DNA of 64,000 bases, taken from contig JAYZJO010000065.1 of the NCBI GenBank assembly GCA_036164375.1, positions 3,810 through 67,809 on the forward strand, written 5' to 3'. The notes beneath the pieces are model-generated. The model had not been told where the DNA came from. It was given only the letters and a program-made list of their open reading frames with translations, and did not search any database. Origin of the DNA: Chlamydiota bacterium (GTDB taxonomy: Bacteria; Chlamydiota; Chlamydiia; Chlamydiales; Criblamydiaceae). Positions within the stretch are counted from its first letter, which is position 1. Every line of letters starts with the position of its first letter. Positions 54,357 to 64,000 of this stretch are shown here, one piece after another. A program made the translations under genes and the position numbers.

Positions 54357-54647
54357 TCAGTAGATGATGCGAAAACCTTCGAATTTTTTTTCTTCGTTTA
54401 AAAATTCGATGTCGATGTGTGAAACAGACCCCTTTCCTGGTTCTGCTTTTAGTTTCTCAATAAGTTTTTCTAAAGTTTTAAGCGGGCCGTTCGCACAAAG
54501 TTCTACGGTCCCATCTGCAAGGTTTTTAACAGTGCCATTAAGGTTGAGTGTGTTGGCGTGAGTGCGCGTCGTGGCACGAAAAAAAACGCCTTGCACGTGC
54601 CCATGTATGACGGCGTGTAGGGTAATGTCTCTATCTTCTTTCATCAA
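54357..54647 (-). CDS. Acylphosphatase
   Basis: 96 aa with the VHGHVQGVFFR signature and an NLADGTVE motif. Confidence 0.8.
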   Translation of the reverse strand: MMKEDRDITLHAVIHGHVQGVFFRATTRTHANTLNLNGTVKNLADGTVELCANGPLKTLEKLIEKLKAEPGKGSVSHIDIEFLNEEKKFEGFRIIY

Positions 54648-54740
54648 TAACCCATGATTTTTTTCTAACTTATAACTGTATAGGTAATGTCGTCAATAGA
54701 GATATAAATGTGACACTGATTTTATTTACTACGACTCGTA

Positions 54741-55763
54741 TTAGTCCTCTTCGCCAATAGGGAACTCTTCGATGAGTTTGCGGATTTCGTCGGGATGACT
54801 TGCTTTGCTGATCAGTCCACGGAACGAGCGCGTTCCTGCCGATTTTTTGATATACCAACATCCAACGCGGCGCATGTCGATGGCAACGCGTCGTTCGTTT
54901 TGGTAGGCTAAAGTGTGTAAAAAATGTTCCATTAGCGCTTCGCGAAGCTCTTTGATTCCACGTTCGATGGGTGGTAAACCTTCGCGGTGCCGTAAAATAT
55001 CTTCAGCGATCCATGGTTGTCCCATCGTTCCACGTGAAACAAGTACAGCGTCGCATCCCGTGTGGTCGAGCATCCCTTGAGCCGCTTCCGGACTAAACAC
55101 GTCGCCATTGCCGATGACTTTTATTGTGTTAGCAGCTTCGACACAAGCTTTAATGTAGTCCCAATTTGCAGGTCCGCGATAGGCTTGTTTCCTTGTTCTT
55201 CCGTGAACAGCGATTGCCGATGCACCAGCAGCTTCGGCTATTTCGGTGATTTCGTGAGCGTTGATGCTATTTTCGTCCCATCCGGCTCGTACTTTTACAG
55301 TAATAGGGATATCGACAGCAGCTACCATGTTGGCAATGATGTCGCCGATGACTTTGGGATTTTTCATTAGGCCCGATCCGCTGCCATCTTTTGTTACCTT
55401 ATCGACAGGACATCCACAGTTGAGGTCGATGACATCGAAACCGAGGTCGCGAGCGATTTTTGCCGACTGTCCAGCGAGTTCGGGTTTGCTACCGACGATT
55501 TGTGCGCCGATCGGGTGCATGGACTTGTCGAAATCGAGGATTCGGTAAGTGTTGGGGTCATTGCGGACGAGAGCGTCCATTTTGACCATTTCGCAGTAGA
55601 TGATACCTGGATTATACTTCGCTGCCATCATGCGAAAAGGGTAGTCAGAGCATCCAGCTAGGGGAGAGTAAAGGACATTATTAGGGAGGGTAACGTTTCC
55701 GAGTTGGAAAGGTTTTGGATTAAGTTGAGCTGTATTTTTTTCTTTATTATTAGTCATAATCAT
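54741..55763 (-). CDS. tRNA-dihydrouridine synthase (DusB-like)
   Basis: 340 aa with LAGCSDYPFRMM, IDLNCGCPVDKV and AIAVHGRTR motifs. Confidence 0.85.
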   Translation of the reverse strand: MIMTNNKEKNTAQLNPKPFQLGNVTLPNNVLYSPLAGCSDYPFRMMAAKYNPGIIYCEMVKMDALVRNDPNTYRILDFDKSMHPIGAQIVGSKPELAGQSAKIARDLGFDVIDLNCGCPVDKVTKDGSGSGLMKNPKVIGDIIANMVAAVDIPITVKVRAGWDENSINAHEITEIAEAAGASAIAVHGRTRKQAYRGPANWDYIKACVEAANTIKVIGNGDVFSPEAAQGMLDHTGCDAVLVSRGTMGQPWIAEDILRHREGLPPIERGIKELREALMEHFLHTLAYQNERRVAIDMRRVGCWYIKKSAGTRSFRGLISKASHPDEIRKLIEEFPIGEED

Positions 55764-55831
55764 CTGATGGGTTTATCCAATTATACTATAAAAGAAGGAT
55801 TTAACAAAAGTGATAAATGGGTAAATGATAA

Positions 55832-56104
55832 TTAGAATATTTGAAATATATAGATAACGATGGTTTTGATGATTCGCTCGATAATTCCAAGGCAGAGAAA
55901 AGCGATAATGGGGCTTAAATCGAGCATTCCAATAGGGGGAATGATGCGGCGAAAGAGGTTGAGGTAGGGGTCTGTGTAAAAGGAAATAAACTGTAGCAGT
56001 TTTGTGCCTTGAAGTTCTTGTATCCACGAAGCGAGAATTCTTCCGAAGAGCATGATCGTATAGGTCATAAACAGGATATCTATAAATTTAAGGACAACGA
56101 TCAT
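55832..56104 (-). CDS. YggT-family membrane protein
   Basis: 90 aa. The YggT pattern is FGRILASWI...DPYLNLFRRIIPPIGMLDLSPIIAFL. Confidence 0.7.
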   Translation of the reverse strand: MIVVLKFIDILFMTYTIMLFGRILASWIQELQGTKLLQFISFYTDPYLNLFRRIIPPIGMLDLSPIIAFLCLGIIERIIKTIVIYIFQIF

Positions 56105-56257
56105 TACTTACTCTACATTCGCTAATTTTCAATATCCGCATGTTAATCGAAGTCAAACATTTATTTCAAGGTTCATTTATTTGTTACCATTGAACTAATA
56201 AACAAAAAGCGTTAATCTAGCTATGACTATAGTAAAGCAAACAACCAAAGTGTAAAG

Positions 56258-57712
56258 ATGAGTGAACCTAAAGAAGTCAAAGTAAAAATAGCGCCAAATT
56301 CCAAAGAGTCAGAGATGATGGTACTTGGGTGCATGCTCACAAGTGTCAATTCTCTCAATGTCGGAGCGGATTCACTTGAAGACACTGAATTTTACTATAC
56401 GGAACACAAGGCCATTTTTGGTGTTTTGAAGGCGGCATATAAGCAAGATAAGCCGGCGGATGTGCACCTTGTTTGTGAAGAGTTGAAGCGTATCGACAAA
56501 TTAGACGCTGTCGGGGGTCCTGGGTATATTACAACACTGGCTCAGTATGCCGGTACATCGGCGCATATCGAGGAGTACTGTCGCCTTATTCGCGATAAAG
56601 CAGTCTTAAGAAGTATGATTAATGCTGCTCAAGTTGTTGAAAAAGAAGCGTTAGAAGAACCGCAAGATGTTTATGAAACACTCGATAATGCTCAACAAGC
56701 CTTTTTTAAAATTAGTCAAAGCGCAAACCAAGAGACCGGAAAGCTCGTCACCGAAATTTTGAGTGGTGTTAGATCGGAGTCACAAAAACCCTATCTAAAA
56801 GAACTTCAAGAGCGGCAAGAAGAGTATCAAATTAAGGGGCCCGAAGAGGCGGGGGTTTCTGGGATTCGTACGCAATTTCATGATATGGATAAGATGCTCA
56901 ACGGCATGAATAATTCCAACATGATGATTTTAGCTGCTAGACCTGCTATGGGTAAAACGGCTCTTGCTTTAAATATAGCGCAAAATATTTGTTTTAGATC
57001 AAACATCCCTATTGGTGTCTTTTCACTAGAGATGAGCGCAGAACAACTTGTTCATAGAATTATTTGTTCTGAAGCAGAAGTTGAATCCGACAAAATAAAA
57101 ACCGGCGCTATCAATGGTGTCGAATACCAACGTGTTGTTGCGGCCGTCAATGAGATGCAAAACCACACGATGATCATCGACGATCAGCCCGGACTAAAAA
57201 TTACAGACCTTAGAGCTCGCGCAAGGCGGATGAAAGAGGCTCATGGGATTGGATTTTTGGTGATCGACTACTTGCAGTTGATCTCAGGTTCAGGGTCAGG
57301 TCGAGGGAACGAAAGTCGTCAGGTAGAAATTTCTGAAATTTCGCGTATGCTAAAAAACTTAGCGAGGGAGTTAGATGTTCCCCTGCTTGTTTTATCACAG
57401 CTTTCGCGTAAGGTAGAAGAAAGGCAGGGACACCGCCCTATGATGAGTGACCTTCGGGAAAGTGGTAGTATCGAGCAGGACTCAGATATTGTTATGTTCT
57501 TGTTGCGTCGCGAGTACTATGATCCCATGGATAAACCGGGAATGGCAGAACTTATTGTTGGAAAAAACAGGCACGGCCCTGTCGGCAGTGTTAACTTTAC
57601 TTACCGTAAGGAGTTTGCCCTATTCCAAAACTACACTCCGCTCGACTATGAAAATATGGCAATTCCAAGCCCAGAGGCTGATGAAGCTTTTAGTCAGTTT
57701 ACTCCCGCTTAA
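56258..57712 (+). CDS. dnaB: Replicative DNA helicase DnaB
   Basis: 484 aa. It has Walker A ARPAMGKTALALN, LEMSAEQL, LVIDYLQL, QLSR and DLRESGSIEQDSD. Confidence 0.95.
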   Translation: MSEPKEVKVKIAPNSKESEMMVLGCMLTSVNSLNVGADSLEDTEFYYTEHKAIFGVLKAAYKQDKPADVHLVCEELKRIDKLDAVGGPGYITTLAQYAGTSAHIEEYCRLIRDKAVLRSMINAAQVVEKEALEEPQDVYETLDNAQQAFFKISQSANQETGKLVTEILSGVRSESQKPYLKELQERQEEYQIKGPEEAGVSGIRTQFHDMDKMLNGMNNSNMMILAARPAMGKTALALNIAQNICFRSNIPIGVFSLEMSAEQLVHRIICSEAEVESDKIKTGAINGVEYQRVVAAVNEMQNHTMIIDDQPGLKITDLRARARRMKEAHGIGFLVIDYLQLISGSGSGRGNESRQVEISEISRMLKNLARELDVPLLVLSQLSRKVEERQGHRPMMSDLRESGSIEQDSDIVMFLLRREYYDPMDKPGMAELIVGKNRHGPVGSVNFTYRKEFALFQNYTPLDYENMAIPSPEADEAFSQFTPA

Positions 57713-57887
57713 TACAATTACTTTTTTTATTTTCTAAATGTTTAGTTTAATTGATTTTTAATTGTTTTTTTTTGTAAAATCAGACATTGCTAAAAAAATA
57801 AAATCCTTGAGTTAGTTAAGGTAGAGTTAGATATAATTTTTTATCGCTTTATCTTTTGCAAGAGGTAATCACTATAGGTGTAAGTTA

Positions 57888-58433
57888 ATGTCTCAAACGA
57901 TACAATTGTTAAATCAGTCTGGCTCAATTCTGTGGCAAACAGAAATCTCCGATGACGAAGCTCAAGAATTAAAGAAATGTTTTTCTGGTGAAACTAGAGT
58001 AAAAGATGTAGGATTTCTGACCTCGTTGTGTATGCCTGTGAGAACTTATAATATTAAATATTTTGCCAAAGACTTTTTTCTTCCTATAACCCTGAATACA
58101 GCGATTAAAGTTAAATCTGTTATACTGAGGTTATTTGCTGTTTTAATTTTAGGCGCGGTAGATTTAATAACCTTTCCTTTGAGGTTGGTTACGTGTATCC
58201 CACGCGTTATTTATAATTCACAAAAAAAAGAACATCCGCTATTGAAATTTTTGAGAGAAAAAAATGTTAACTTGAACTTTAAGATGCACTATGTATTTGT
58301 AAAGATTGTTTGTGACACAGATCCCAGAAATTCAGGTAGTTCCACCTACAAACAGGGTTTTGTCAGTTTTGTTGACTATCCTAGGTTAGATCTGCAAATA
58401 CAAGCGGTGAATGTTTTTTCGAGTGGAAGTTGA
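57888..58433 (+). CDS. Hypothetical membrane protein in AT-rich DNA (Inc-like hydrophobic hairpin is possible)
   Basis: 181 aa with a central ~30-aa hydrophobic block, VILRLFAVLILGAVDLITFPLRLVTCIP. There is no other support. Confidence 0.3.
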   Translation: MSQTIQLLNQSGSILWQTEISDDEAQELKKCFSGETRVKDVGFLTSLCMPVRTYNIKYFAKDFFLPITLNTAIKVKSVILRLFAVLILGAVDLITFPLRLVTCIPRVIYNSQKKEHPLLKFLREKNVNLNFKMHYVFVKIVCDTDPRNSGSSTYKQGFVSFVDYPRLDLQIQAVNVFSSGS

Positions 58434-58679
58434 TAACATAAGGTTTTCTATTGTTTGATGCTTTTCGGGGGTTGGGGAAGATGTGGTTTTACCGCTCTCT
58501 GCCCCTTTATTCTTTATTTTTCGAAAAGTTAATTGTCTACGAGTTTTTCTGTGGCAAAATTTTCACTTCCAACTTTAACTTATTCAAAAAAAATAGCAAC
58601 AGCCCTTTACTTTTTATTGTTAATCGATTAAGATCACTTAGTACTATACAGATATTTACAACACTTTTGGAGATTCGTA

Positions 58680-58772
58680 ATGTCCTCAGTTAAAAAGAAA
58701 CGCCGTTATAAGATCGCTAAACACAAACGTAAAAAGCGTAGCCGTAGAGATAGGCACAAAACAAAAAAATAA
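58680..58772 (+). CDS. Unannotated 30-aa extremely basic peptide, bS22/AURKAIP1-COX24-like (candidate small ribosomal protein)
   Basis: My own translation is MSSVKKKRRYKIAKHKRKKRSRRDRHKTKK. A GGAG lies 7 nt upstream. It sits 46 nt upstream of mnmG and is too short for the ORF track. Confidence 0.4.
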   Translation: MSSVKKKRRYKIAKHKRKKRSRRDRHKTKK

Positions 58773-58818
58773 TTAACTAGTTATTGCCTAAGGTAGTAAT
58801 AAAATTTAAGTTTAATCG

Positions 58819-60642
58819 ATGTGGAAGTATCCTGAAATATACGATGTTATCGTTATGGGTGGTGGACACGCTGGATGTGAAGCAGCTTTAGCAGCTGCGC
58901 GCATGGGCGTACGTACCCTCTTGCTCACGATGAACCTCGATACAATTGCTAAAATGAGCTGTAATCCCGCTGTCGGCGGTATCGGTAAAGGCCATATGGT
59001 TAGAGAAATCGATGCTATCGGCGGTGAAATGGCTAAAGTAATCGATTGTACAGGAATCCAATACCGCATGCTCAATGCTACCAAGGGGCCAGCTGTTTGG
59101 GCACCACGTGCCCAAGCAGACAAAGTTGCTTATCAATTTGAGATGAAAAGCAGGCTCGAACGCACCCCAAACCTCGAAATCAAACAAGGTACTATCGAAG
59201 ACCTTATCGTCGAAGAGGGAAGCATCAAGGGAGTCATCACAAAAGAGGGAATTATCTACAGCTGCAAAACGCTGATTATTTCATCGGGAACTTTCATGCG
59301 CGGCCTTCTTCATATTGGAGAGCAAAATTATTCGGGCGGTAGGGCTGGCGATCAGCCTGCTGTTGGAATTTCTGGTTCTCTAGAGAGGTTAGGTTTTAAG
59401 CTTGGACGCCTTAAAACAGGAACTCCAGCGCGTATTCATGCTCGCTCCATCGATTTCAGTTTATGTGAAGAACAACCCGGTGATGAAGGCGTGCGATTTT
59501 CTTTTGATTCAGAAGAGAGCAAGCGTTTAAAGCAGGTTTCTTGTTACATCACGTACACGACACAAGAAACGAAAGAAGTCATTCTCAAAAATCTCCACCG
59601 GTCCCCCATGTATTCGGGGACTATCGAAAGCGTTGGTCCAAGGTACTGTCCGTCGATTGAAGATAAAGTCGTGCGCTTTGCCGATAAAGAGCGTCATCAG
59701 ATTTTTTTAGAGCCAGAAGGCCTTAATACAGAAGAGGTCTATGCGAACGGAATCTCATCTTCGCTCCCTCTAGATGTGCAGTATGATTTCATGAGAAGTA
59801 TTCCTGCGTTGAGAAATGCTGAAATCATGCGTCCCGCTTATGCAATTGAGTACGACTATGTCGAGAGCGGCCAATTCAAGCCCTCATTAGAGACAAAGCT
59901 CGTGGAAGGACTGTTTCTTGCTGGACAGATTAATGGAACCACTGGATATGAAGAAGCGGCTGCTCAAGGGCTTATGGCAGGTATTAATGCGGTAAAAAAA
60001 GTCAGAGGGGAAGAAGCTTTTATTCTAAAACGTTCTGAAGCTTATATTGGAGTCATGATTGACGACTTGGTGACCAAAGGTTTGACAGAGCCTTATCGCA
60101 TGTTTACAAGTCGCGCTGAACATCGCCTCCTTCTTCGTCAAGACAATGCAGACTTGCGTTTGCGTCGCTATGGTTACGAGCTTGGACTCATCGACGAGGA
60201 ACGGTATCAAAAGCTTCTTAAGAAAGAAGAAGCTCTCGAGACTGAAGGGAAGCGGTTAGCTAAAATTTATAAGCAAATGAACGGCAAAGGGTTTTCCCTA
60301 GCGCAGATCCTCAGTCGACCGGAAACAACCTATTGTCAGCTTTTGGAACTTTATCCTGGTGACGTGGTCGATTATGGAGAGGATATCAATTTTCAAATAG
60401 AGCTTAATCTGAAGTATGCAGGATACATCCAAAGGCAGAATGCAGAAATTGAAAAACTGTCGAACATGGAAAATATGAAGATTCCTGACTGGTTTGATTT
60501 TTCTAATGTAAAGGGCCTTCGCAACGAAGCAAAAGAGAAGCTTTCTCATCATGGACCTAAAAATTTAGGTCAAGCCTCTCGAATTTCAGGAGTATCGCCC
60601 GCCGATGTCTCTGTTCTAATGATTGCTTTAAACAGCCGATAG
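58819..60642 (+). CDS. mnmG: tRNA uridine-5-carboxymethylaminomethyl synthesis enzyme MnmG (GidA)
   Basis: 607 aa. Motifs are [73 protein letters not shown] and [14 protein letters not shown]. Confidence 0.95.
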   Translation: MWKYPEIYDVIVMGGGHAGCEAALAAARMGVRTLLLTMNLDTIAKMSCNPAVGGIGKGHMVREIDAIGGEMAKVIDCTGIQYRMLNATKGPAVWAPRAQADKVAYQFEMKSRLERTPNLEIKQGTIEDLIVEEGSIKGVITKEGIIYSCKTLIISSGTFMRGLLHIGEQNYSGGRAGDQPAVGISGSLERLGFKLGRLKTGTPARIHARSIDFSLCEEQPGDEGVRFSFDSEESKRLKQVSCYITYTTQETKEVILKNLHRSPMYSGTIESVGPRYCPSIEDKVVRFADKERHQIFLEPEGLNTEEVYANGISSSLPLDVQYDFMRSIPALRNAEIMRPAYAIEYDYVESGQFKPSLETKLVEGLFLAGQINGTTGYEEAAAQGLMAGINAVKKVRGEEAFILKRSEAYIGVMIDDLVTKGLTEPYRMFTSRAEHRLLLRQDNADLRLRRYGYELGLIDEERYQKLLKKEEALETEGKRLAKIYKQMNGKGFSLAQILSRPETTYCQLLELYPGDVVDYGEDINFQIELNLKYAGYIQRQNAEIEKLSNMENMKIPDWFDFSNVKGLRNEAKEKLSHHGPKNLGQASRISGVSPADVSVLMIALNSR

Positions 60643-60704
60643 GTCTATCCAAACTTTGCAAAAAGAAACATAATAAGTTTTAAACCGGGTCTGAAATATT
60701 TTTG

Positions 60705-60752
60705 AAGAGACCTTGCGTTTTATTTATATTTTGGTAACTGACAAGGTCTCTT
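60705..60752. terminator. 11-bp stem / 26-nt loop hairpin between convergent genes
   Basis: aagagaccttg ... caaggtctctt is followed by tttg. It lies between the mnmG stop and the stop of 60769..62022. Confidence 0.4.
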
Positions 60753-60768
60753 TTGAAGAATTTAAATG

Positions 60769-62022
60769 TTAATAACTAATCGCGAAGTTGTGATTGTCAG
60801 TTGCGGTCCAGTTTTTGATTTGACGATTGGCAACAAGAGCGTCAAGAATCGTTGGTATCCATTCTTTTTTAAGGTTCTTAATAGTGTTTCTAGTGGGAAG
60901 GACAAAGTAAGTTTTGTCTAATGTATTATCGGAGATATCAATCTCAATACCTTCGTAATTGTAGATATTGGCATCATATTGAATCTGATCCGTCCCCTCT
61001 GGTTGGTCAGCAATAGCCATGTTTAGCCTGTCGATAAGTTGAGTAGCAACTTCAGTAGGATAAATACGCACAGAGTCAAAATTTTCAGTGTCGATAGTAC
61101 CATCCTCATTTGTTATTGGAACTTGGAGTATCGCGCTTTTCTTTGAGAGGCTTTGTTCTAGATTTAGTTTTGTTATGATTTCTATCTCGATACGATGGCT
61201 ACTTAAATTATCGTCAGAACTCTCGTCATTATTTGGAAGCTCTATTTTAAAATAGAATTTGTAGTTCGGGGAAGTATCATCGAGAACAAATTTGTCTTTA
61301 AATAGATCGATTGCAGCCTCTGTCCATTCTTTTTTCATTTGTTTAAGAGACTCTATAGTTGTGGTAAGAAAATTAGTTGCCACGTTACTATCCGATATAT
61401 CGAGTACATTTTCATTGAGATGAAGAATATTGGCGTCAAATTCGATATAACAAGGTTCGTTTGAAGGAGCGTCCGCATTTTCCTTAACAGCATCTTTAAC
61501 AGCATCGTTAACCCTTTCGATGAATTGAGTTAAATATGCTTCAGGGGTGATTTCTTTATAGTCACTCAAAGAAGGGGGGTGTTGTCCTGGAATTAAAATT
61601 TCCGGTTTTATATCTGACAGTTTACTTTTGTATTCATCTATATTGACATCATCGACGTTGATAAAACATTCATTTTTGTTTTTTTCTTTTGAGCCTTTAG
61701 CTTCTGCAGTAACAGAGCGAATACCAAAGCGAATGACTTTTGTGTTTTTAAAATAACCTCTTACTTTTTCAGAAAAGAGTGCTGCTCCAAGTGATATAAT
61801 CGTTAATACAACACCTAAAAATCTTCTACCGAACTTTTCTTTTGTAGTATACTTTCGCTCTCTTACAGCTACCAATCTATATAGGCGGCCATTGTACTCG
61901 GCTTTTGGAGTTTCTCCACAATTATTGACAATATTTTCAGCGGACTCAAAGCCTTTTACCTCGTTCCACTTATTTGAGAGGTTGATTTCATCTATACTAT
62001 TTATTATTTTAAATTCTGTCAT
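60769..62022 (-). CDS. Hypothetical single-TM protein with an internal tandem domain duplication
   Basis: 417 aa with TM segment FLGVVLTIISLGAALF. There are two ~90-aa homologous modules (see findings). It lies in AT-rich DNA. Confidence 0.45.
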   Translation of the reverse strand: MTEFKIINSIDEINLSNKWNEVKGFESAENIVNNCGETPKAEYNGRLYRLVAVRERKYTTKEKFGRRFLGVVLTIISLGAALFSEKVRGYFKNTKVIRFGIRSVTAEAKGSKEKNKNECFINVDDVNIDEYKSKLSDIKPEILIPGQHPPSLSDYKEITPEAYLTQFIERVNDAVKDAVKENADAPSNEPCYIEFDANILHLNENVLDISDSNVATNFLTTTIESLKQMKKEWTEAAIDLFKDKFVLDDTSPNYKFYFKIELPNNDESSDDNLSSHRIEIEIITKLNLEQSLSKKSAILQVPITNEDGTIDTENFDSVRIYPTEVATQLIDRLNMAIADQPEGTDQIQYDANIYNYEGIEIDISDNTLDKTYFVLPTRNTIKNLKKEWIPTILDALVANRQIKNWTATDNHNFAISY

Positions 62023-62236
62023 TTATTTTCCTTTGTGGGATTGATTATTTTAAGGTATTTTAAAGAATAATAAAATTGTTGTCAATTTTGTTTATAAAAC
62101 ACATTGTTTTTTTTATATTAAGTACGGTTTTTAAGAAATGAAATTGATTAGATGTTTTAAATTAGGGATAGAATTTAAAACAACAAGCAGTATACTGAGA
62201 GAGTTTTATAGATGTAATTGAAAGGGGAAAAGACTT

Positions 62237-62944
62237 TTGGATTTCCATATACTCGAACTACATAAGACTCCTATTTGGGAGCAGTTACAAATTGAAGAGG
62301 CTCTCTTACGATCAGACAACAGAAATTGGTGTGTCATTAATAGAGGCTCACCGCCAGCAATTGTGATGGGAATTTCTGGAAAGCCAGAGGTTTTACTTAA
62401 TGCGTCTCTCGTTGAACAATATCAAATTCCTGTATGGAAACGATTTAGTGGTGGTGGAACCGTCGTTATCGATGAAAACACACTATTTGTTACGTTTATC
62501 TGTAATACAGAGGATGTAGGGGTCCATGAAAGACAGGATAAAATTCACTCTTGGGCTGAGAGTGTTTATCGCGAAATTTTTCCGTCCAATCAATTTCGTC
62601 AGCGGGAAAACGACTATGTTTTAGGCGATAGAAAGTTTGGTGGCAACGCGCAATACTTAAGAAGGGGGCGTTGGTTGCATCACACATCTTTTTTGTGGGA
62701 TTTTGATATCGATAAGATGCAATGTTTGTTAATGCCCCCCACAGCTCCCGATTATCGAGTTAATCGCTCTCACGACGATTTTTTGTGTCGATTGAATGGG
62801 GTTATGCGAAGTTCTGATGAGCTATTTGATCGTTTAAAAGGGACACTTGCCTCTAGGTATACTCTTTCTGAAAGCAAAGTGGAAAATGTTTTTAAATTGT
62901 TAGATAAAGATCATCGAAAAGCCACAAAGCAAGTAGAATTATAA
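62237..62944 (+). CDS. Lipoate-protein ligase A / octanoyltransferase-family protein (catalytic domain only)
   Basis: 235 aa with a TTG start in the track. Motifs are KRFSGGGTVVIDENTLFVTF and RKFGGNAQYLRRGRWLHHTSFLWDFD (lipoyl/biotinyl protein ligase fold). Confidence 0.7.
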   Translation: MDFHILELHKTPIWEQLQIEEALLRSDNRNWCVINRGSPPAIVMGISGKPEVLLNASLVEQYQIPVWKRFSGGGTVVIDENTLFVTFICNTEDVGVHERQDKIHSWAESVYREIFPSNQFRQRENDYVLGDRKFGGNAQYLRRGRWLHHTSFLWDFDIDKMQCLLMPPTAPDYRVNRSHDDFLCRLNGVMRSSDELFDRLKGTLASRYTLSESKVENVFKLLDKDHRKATKQVEL

Positions 62945-63198
62945 GAAAAGACACCGCTAAAAGGGTGATGAGATGTGCACATCAACACACGTTTGTGCAA
63001 GTGGGTCCGCTTCCCAAAGTTCGAAACTCTCCCTTTGGCGTTACGATCCCCTAAAATATAATATCGTCGATAGGCTTAATCGTCTCACCTGCCCCAAAAG
63101 CAGTGCCATTACCTTTATTGTATCAGAAATACCCTTTCTTTTCATGTAAAATAGTAATTATAACTATTTTACAACAAAAAGAGGGGGCAAAGGAAATA

Positions 63199-64000
63199 TT
63201 AGTATAAAACAAAATTTTTAGGCTCTTTTCCATTATAATTTTTACACTTGAAAAGTAAAGCAGCTTTACAAGGTTCCCCATAGCAATCGAATATTGGATA
63301 ATAGCCTAGGTAATCTATGCGTTCAAAGTAAGGAGATAGCTTTACAATAAGATTGGGCACTTGTAGGCGCAGTTTTTGGAGATGAGGAGCGTTATCGGTG
63401 ACTACGTATATACCGGTTTTACCTATCTGTTCCTCTGCCATTGGTGGCCAAAATGAGAATTGATTCTTTCTAACGCCGTGAATATTTAAAAAATAGGTGC
63501 GATTTTGCTCTGGGCCATAGAAGTTGAGAATGCTGCTCATCTGATACTTACTGCTGAAAAGAAACTCCTCATTAGGGTTATATCCTACAATTTTCAAAGC
63601 TTTTCGAAGGTTTTTCCATCCAACATTGTGTCGAAAGGGATTAAGTTTATAAGGAATTTTAAGTGTTGGATATAAATTTAAAGCCTGTGCATGAGGGATC
63701 GTAACTGCAAAAAGGCAGAGAAGTATTGATAATGCGACTCCTATTTCCATTAGGCGCTGTTTCCATTTTATTTCATCACAAGCAAACCAGGCGATCACGA
63801 CAAAAGCTGTTGGGTAGGCATAATCCACCCAGTTGCCCTGTACTTTTTTGAAAAGGGAAAGAGCGGTTACGAAGGTAAGTAAAGTCGCAGTTGTAAATGC
63901 GCAAAATAGAAGGGATCGCTGCGTCTGGTTTTTATGTTTGTAGATGGAGTAAAGTGCCATTAGTAATAAGATAAAAAGTATGGGAGAAACAAGAGCAAAT
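63199..64000 (-). CDS. Polytopic membrane protein, C-terminal part; possibly a GT-C (ArnT/PMT, GT39-like) glycosyltransferase; 5' end outside the window
   Basis: The frame stays open upstream of the track Met (FALVSPILFILLL-MALYSIY...), so the gene continues past base 64000. TM helices are followed by a ~150-aa soluble C-terminal domain. The family call is weak. Confidence 0.35.
   Translation of the reverse strand, partial: FALVSPILFILLLMALYSIYKHKNQTQRSLLFCAFTTATLLTFVTALSLFKKVQGNWVDYAYPTAFVVIAWFACDEIKWKQRLMEIGVALSILLCLFAVTIPHAQALNLYPTLKIPYKLNPFRHNVGWKNLRKALKIVGYNPNEEFLFSSKYQMSSILNFYGPEQNRTYFLNIHGVRKNQFSFWPPMAEEQIGKTGIYVVTDNAPHLQKLRLQVPNLIVKLSPYFERIDYLGYYPIFDCYGEPCKAALLFKCKNYNGKEPKNFVLY

Noticed and set aside
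55773-56027. Track ORF 55773..56027 (-) competes with the YggT ORF 55832..56104.
   Set aside because: The YggT frame shows the family pattern (…SWI…RRIIPPIGMLDLSPII…). The alternative frame is a Pro/His-rich shadow.
56105-56257. The divergent yggT/dnaB spacer, and the presence of dnaB and mnmG (gidA), were considered as a hint that oriC lies here.
   Set aside because: The spacer has no DnaA-box-like 9-mers or repeated elements. Linkage of gidA or dnaB to the origin is not universal. It cannot be assessed without whole-chromosome skew.
58451-58693. An 80-aa track ORF lies upstream of mnmG.
   Set aside because: It is low-complexity and F/L-rich with no SD, and it overlaps the start of the better-supported 30-aa basic ORF. 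It is likely non-coding AT-rich spacer.
62945-63198. The spacer between the lipoate ligase gene and the GT-C-like gene has short hairpins (tgcaca...tgtgca and ccaaag...ctttgg). It was considered as an ncRNA or terminator.
   Set aside because: The stems are short and lack U-runs, and I recognised no conserved RNA motif. They are probably just 3' UTR structure between convergent genes.

Overview
The window reads as a chromosome segment from a Chlamydiae-like bacterium, probably an environmental lineage such as Simkaniaceae or Waddliaceae. This taxonomic call is inferred from gene content and was not searched. Supporting signs are the thrS-parA-pGP6-D-like synteny, three Cys-rich outer-membrane beta-barrel proteins, MORN-variant and TPR/vWA proteins, and moderately AT-rich DNA. 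Most genes are housekeeping: rsmD, rsmB, thrS, purB, tatA/tatC, ung, tRNA-Pro(GGG), proC, a ZIP transporter, acylphosphatase, a Dus enzyme, yggT, dnaB, mnmG and a lipoate ligase. The main items worth a second look are listed below.

1. 13.08-15.6 kb: a three-gene RiPP-type cluster. A Sec-signal, Cys-motif, low-complexity precursor is followed by a DUF692 (MNIO) enzyme and a DUF2063 partner. This is a bufferin/HvfA/methanobactin-like architecture, but the precursor is atypical.
2. 43.0-54.3 kb: a minus-strand respiratory block. It joins a Rieske/cytochrome b complex, a 1324-aa heptahaem cytochrome c with a coiled-coil tail, and a cbb3 oxidase. The CcoP of that oxidase appears split, its CcoO carries a ~200-aa insertion, and there are two FixS/CcoS-like mini-ORFs, one absent from the ORF track.
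3. A degenerate copy of the 3' half of tRNA-Pro lies 1.7 kb downstream of the intact tRNA. This looks like an att-type relic bracketing one orphan gene, next to a vanadium-haloperoxidase-like gene.
4. Three copies of a modular intergenic repeat flank the LbH-proC gene pair. Each has a TTTGTCGACA palindrome, a CATTTCCACA DnaA-box-like 9-mer and an AT-rich spacer.
5. 20.3-20.7 kb: a 33-bp perfect inverted repeat encloses 261 bp that contain an 8-bp x5 tandem repeat.

Smaller items are one in-frame stop, one homopolymer frameshift and an unannotated 30-aa, very basic bS22-like ORF. No rRNA, CRISPR array, integrase or transposase was found.
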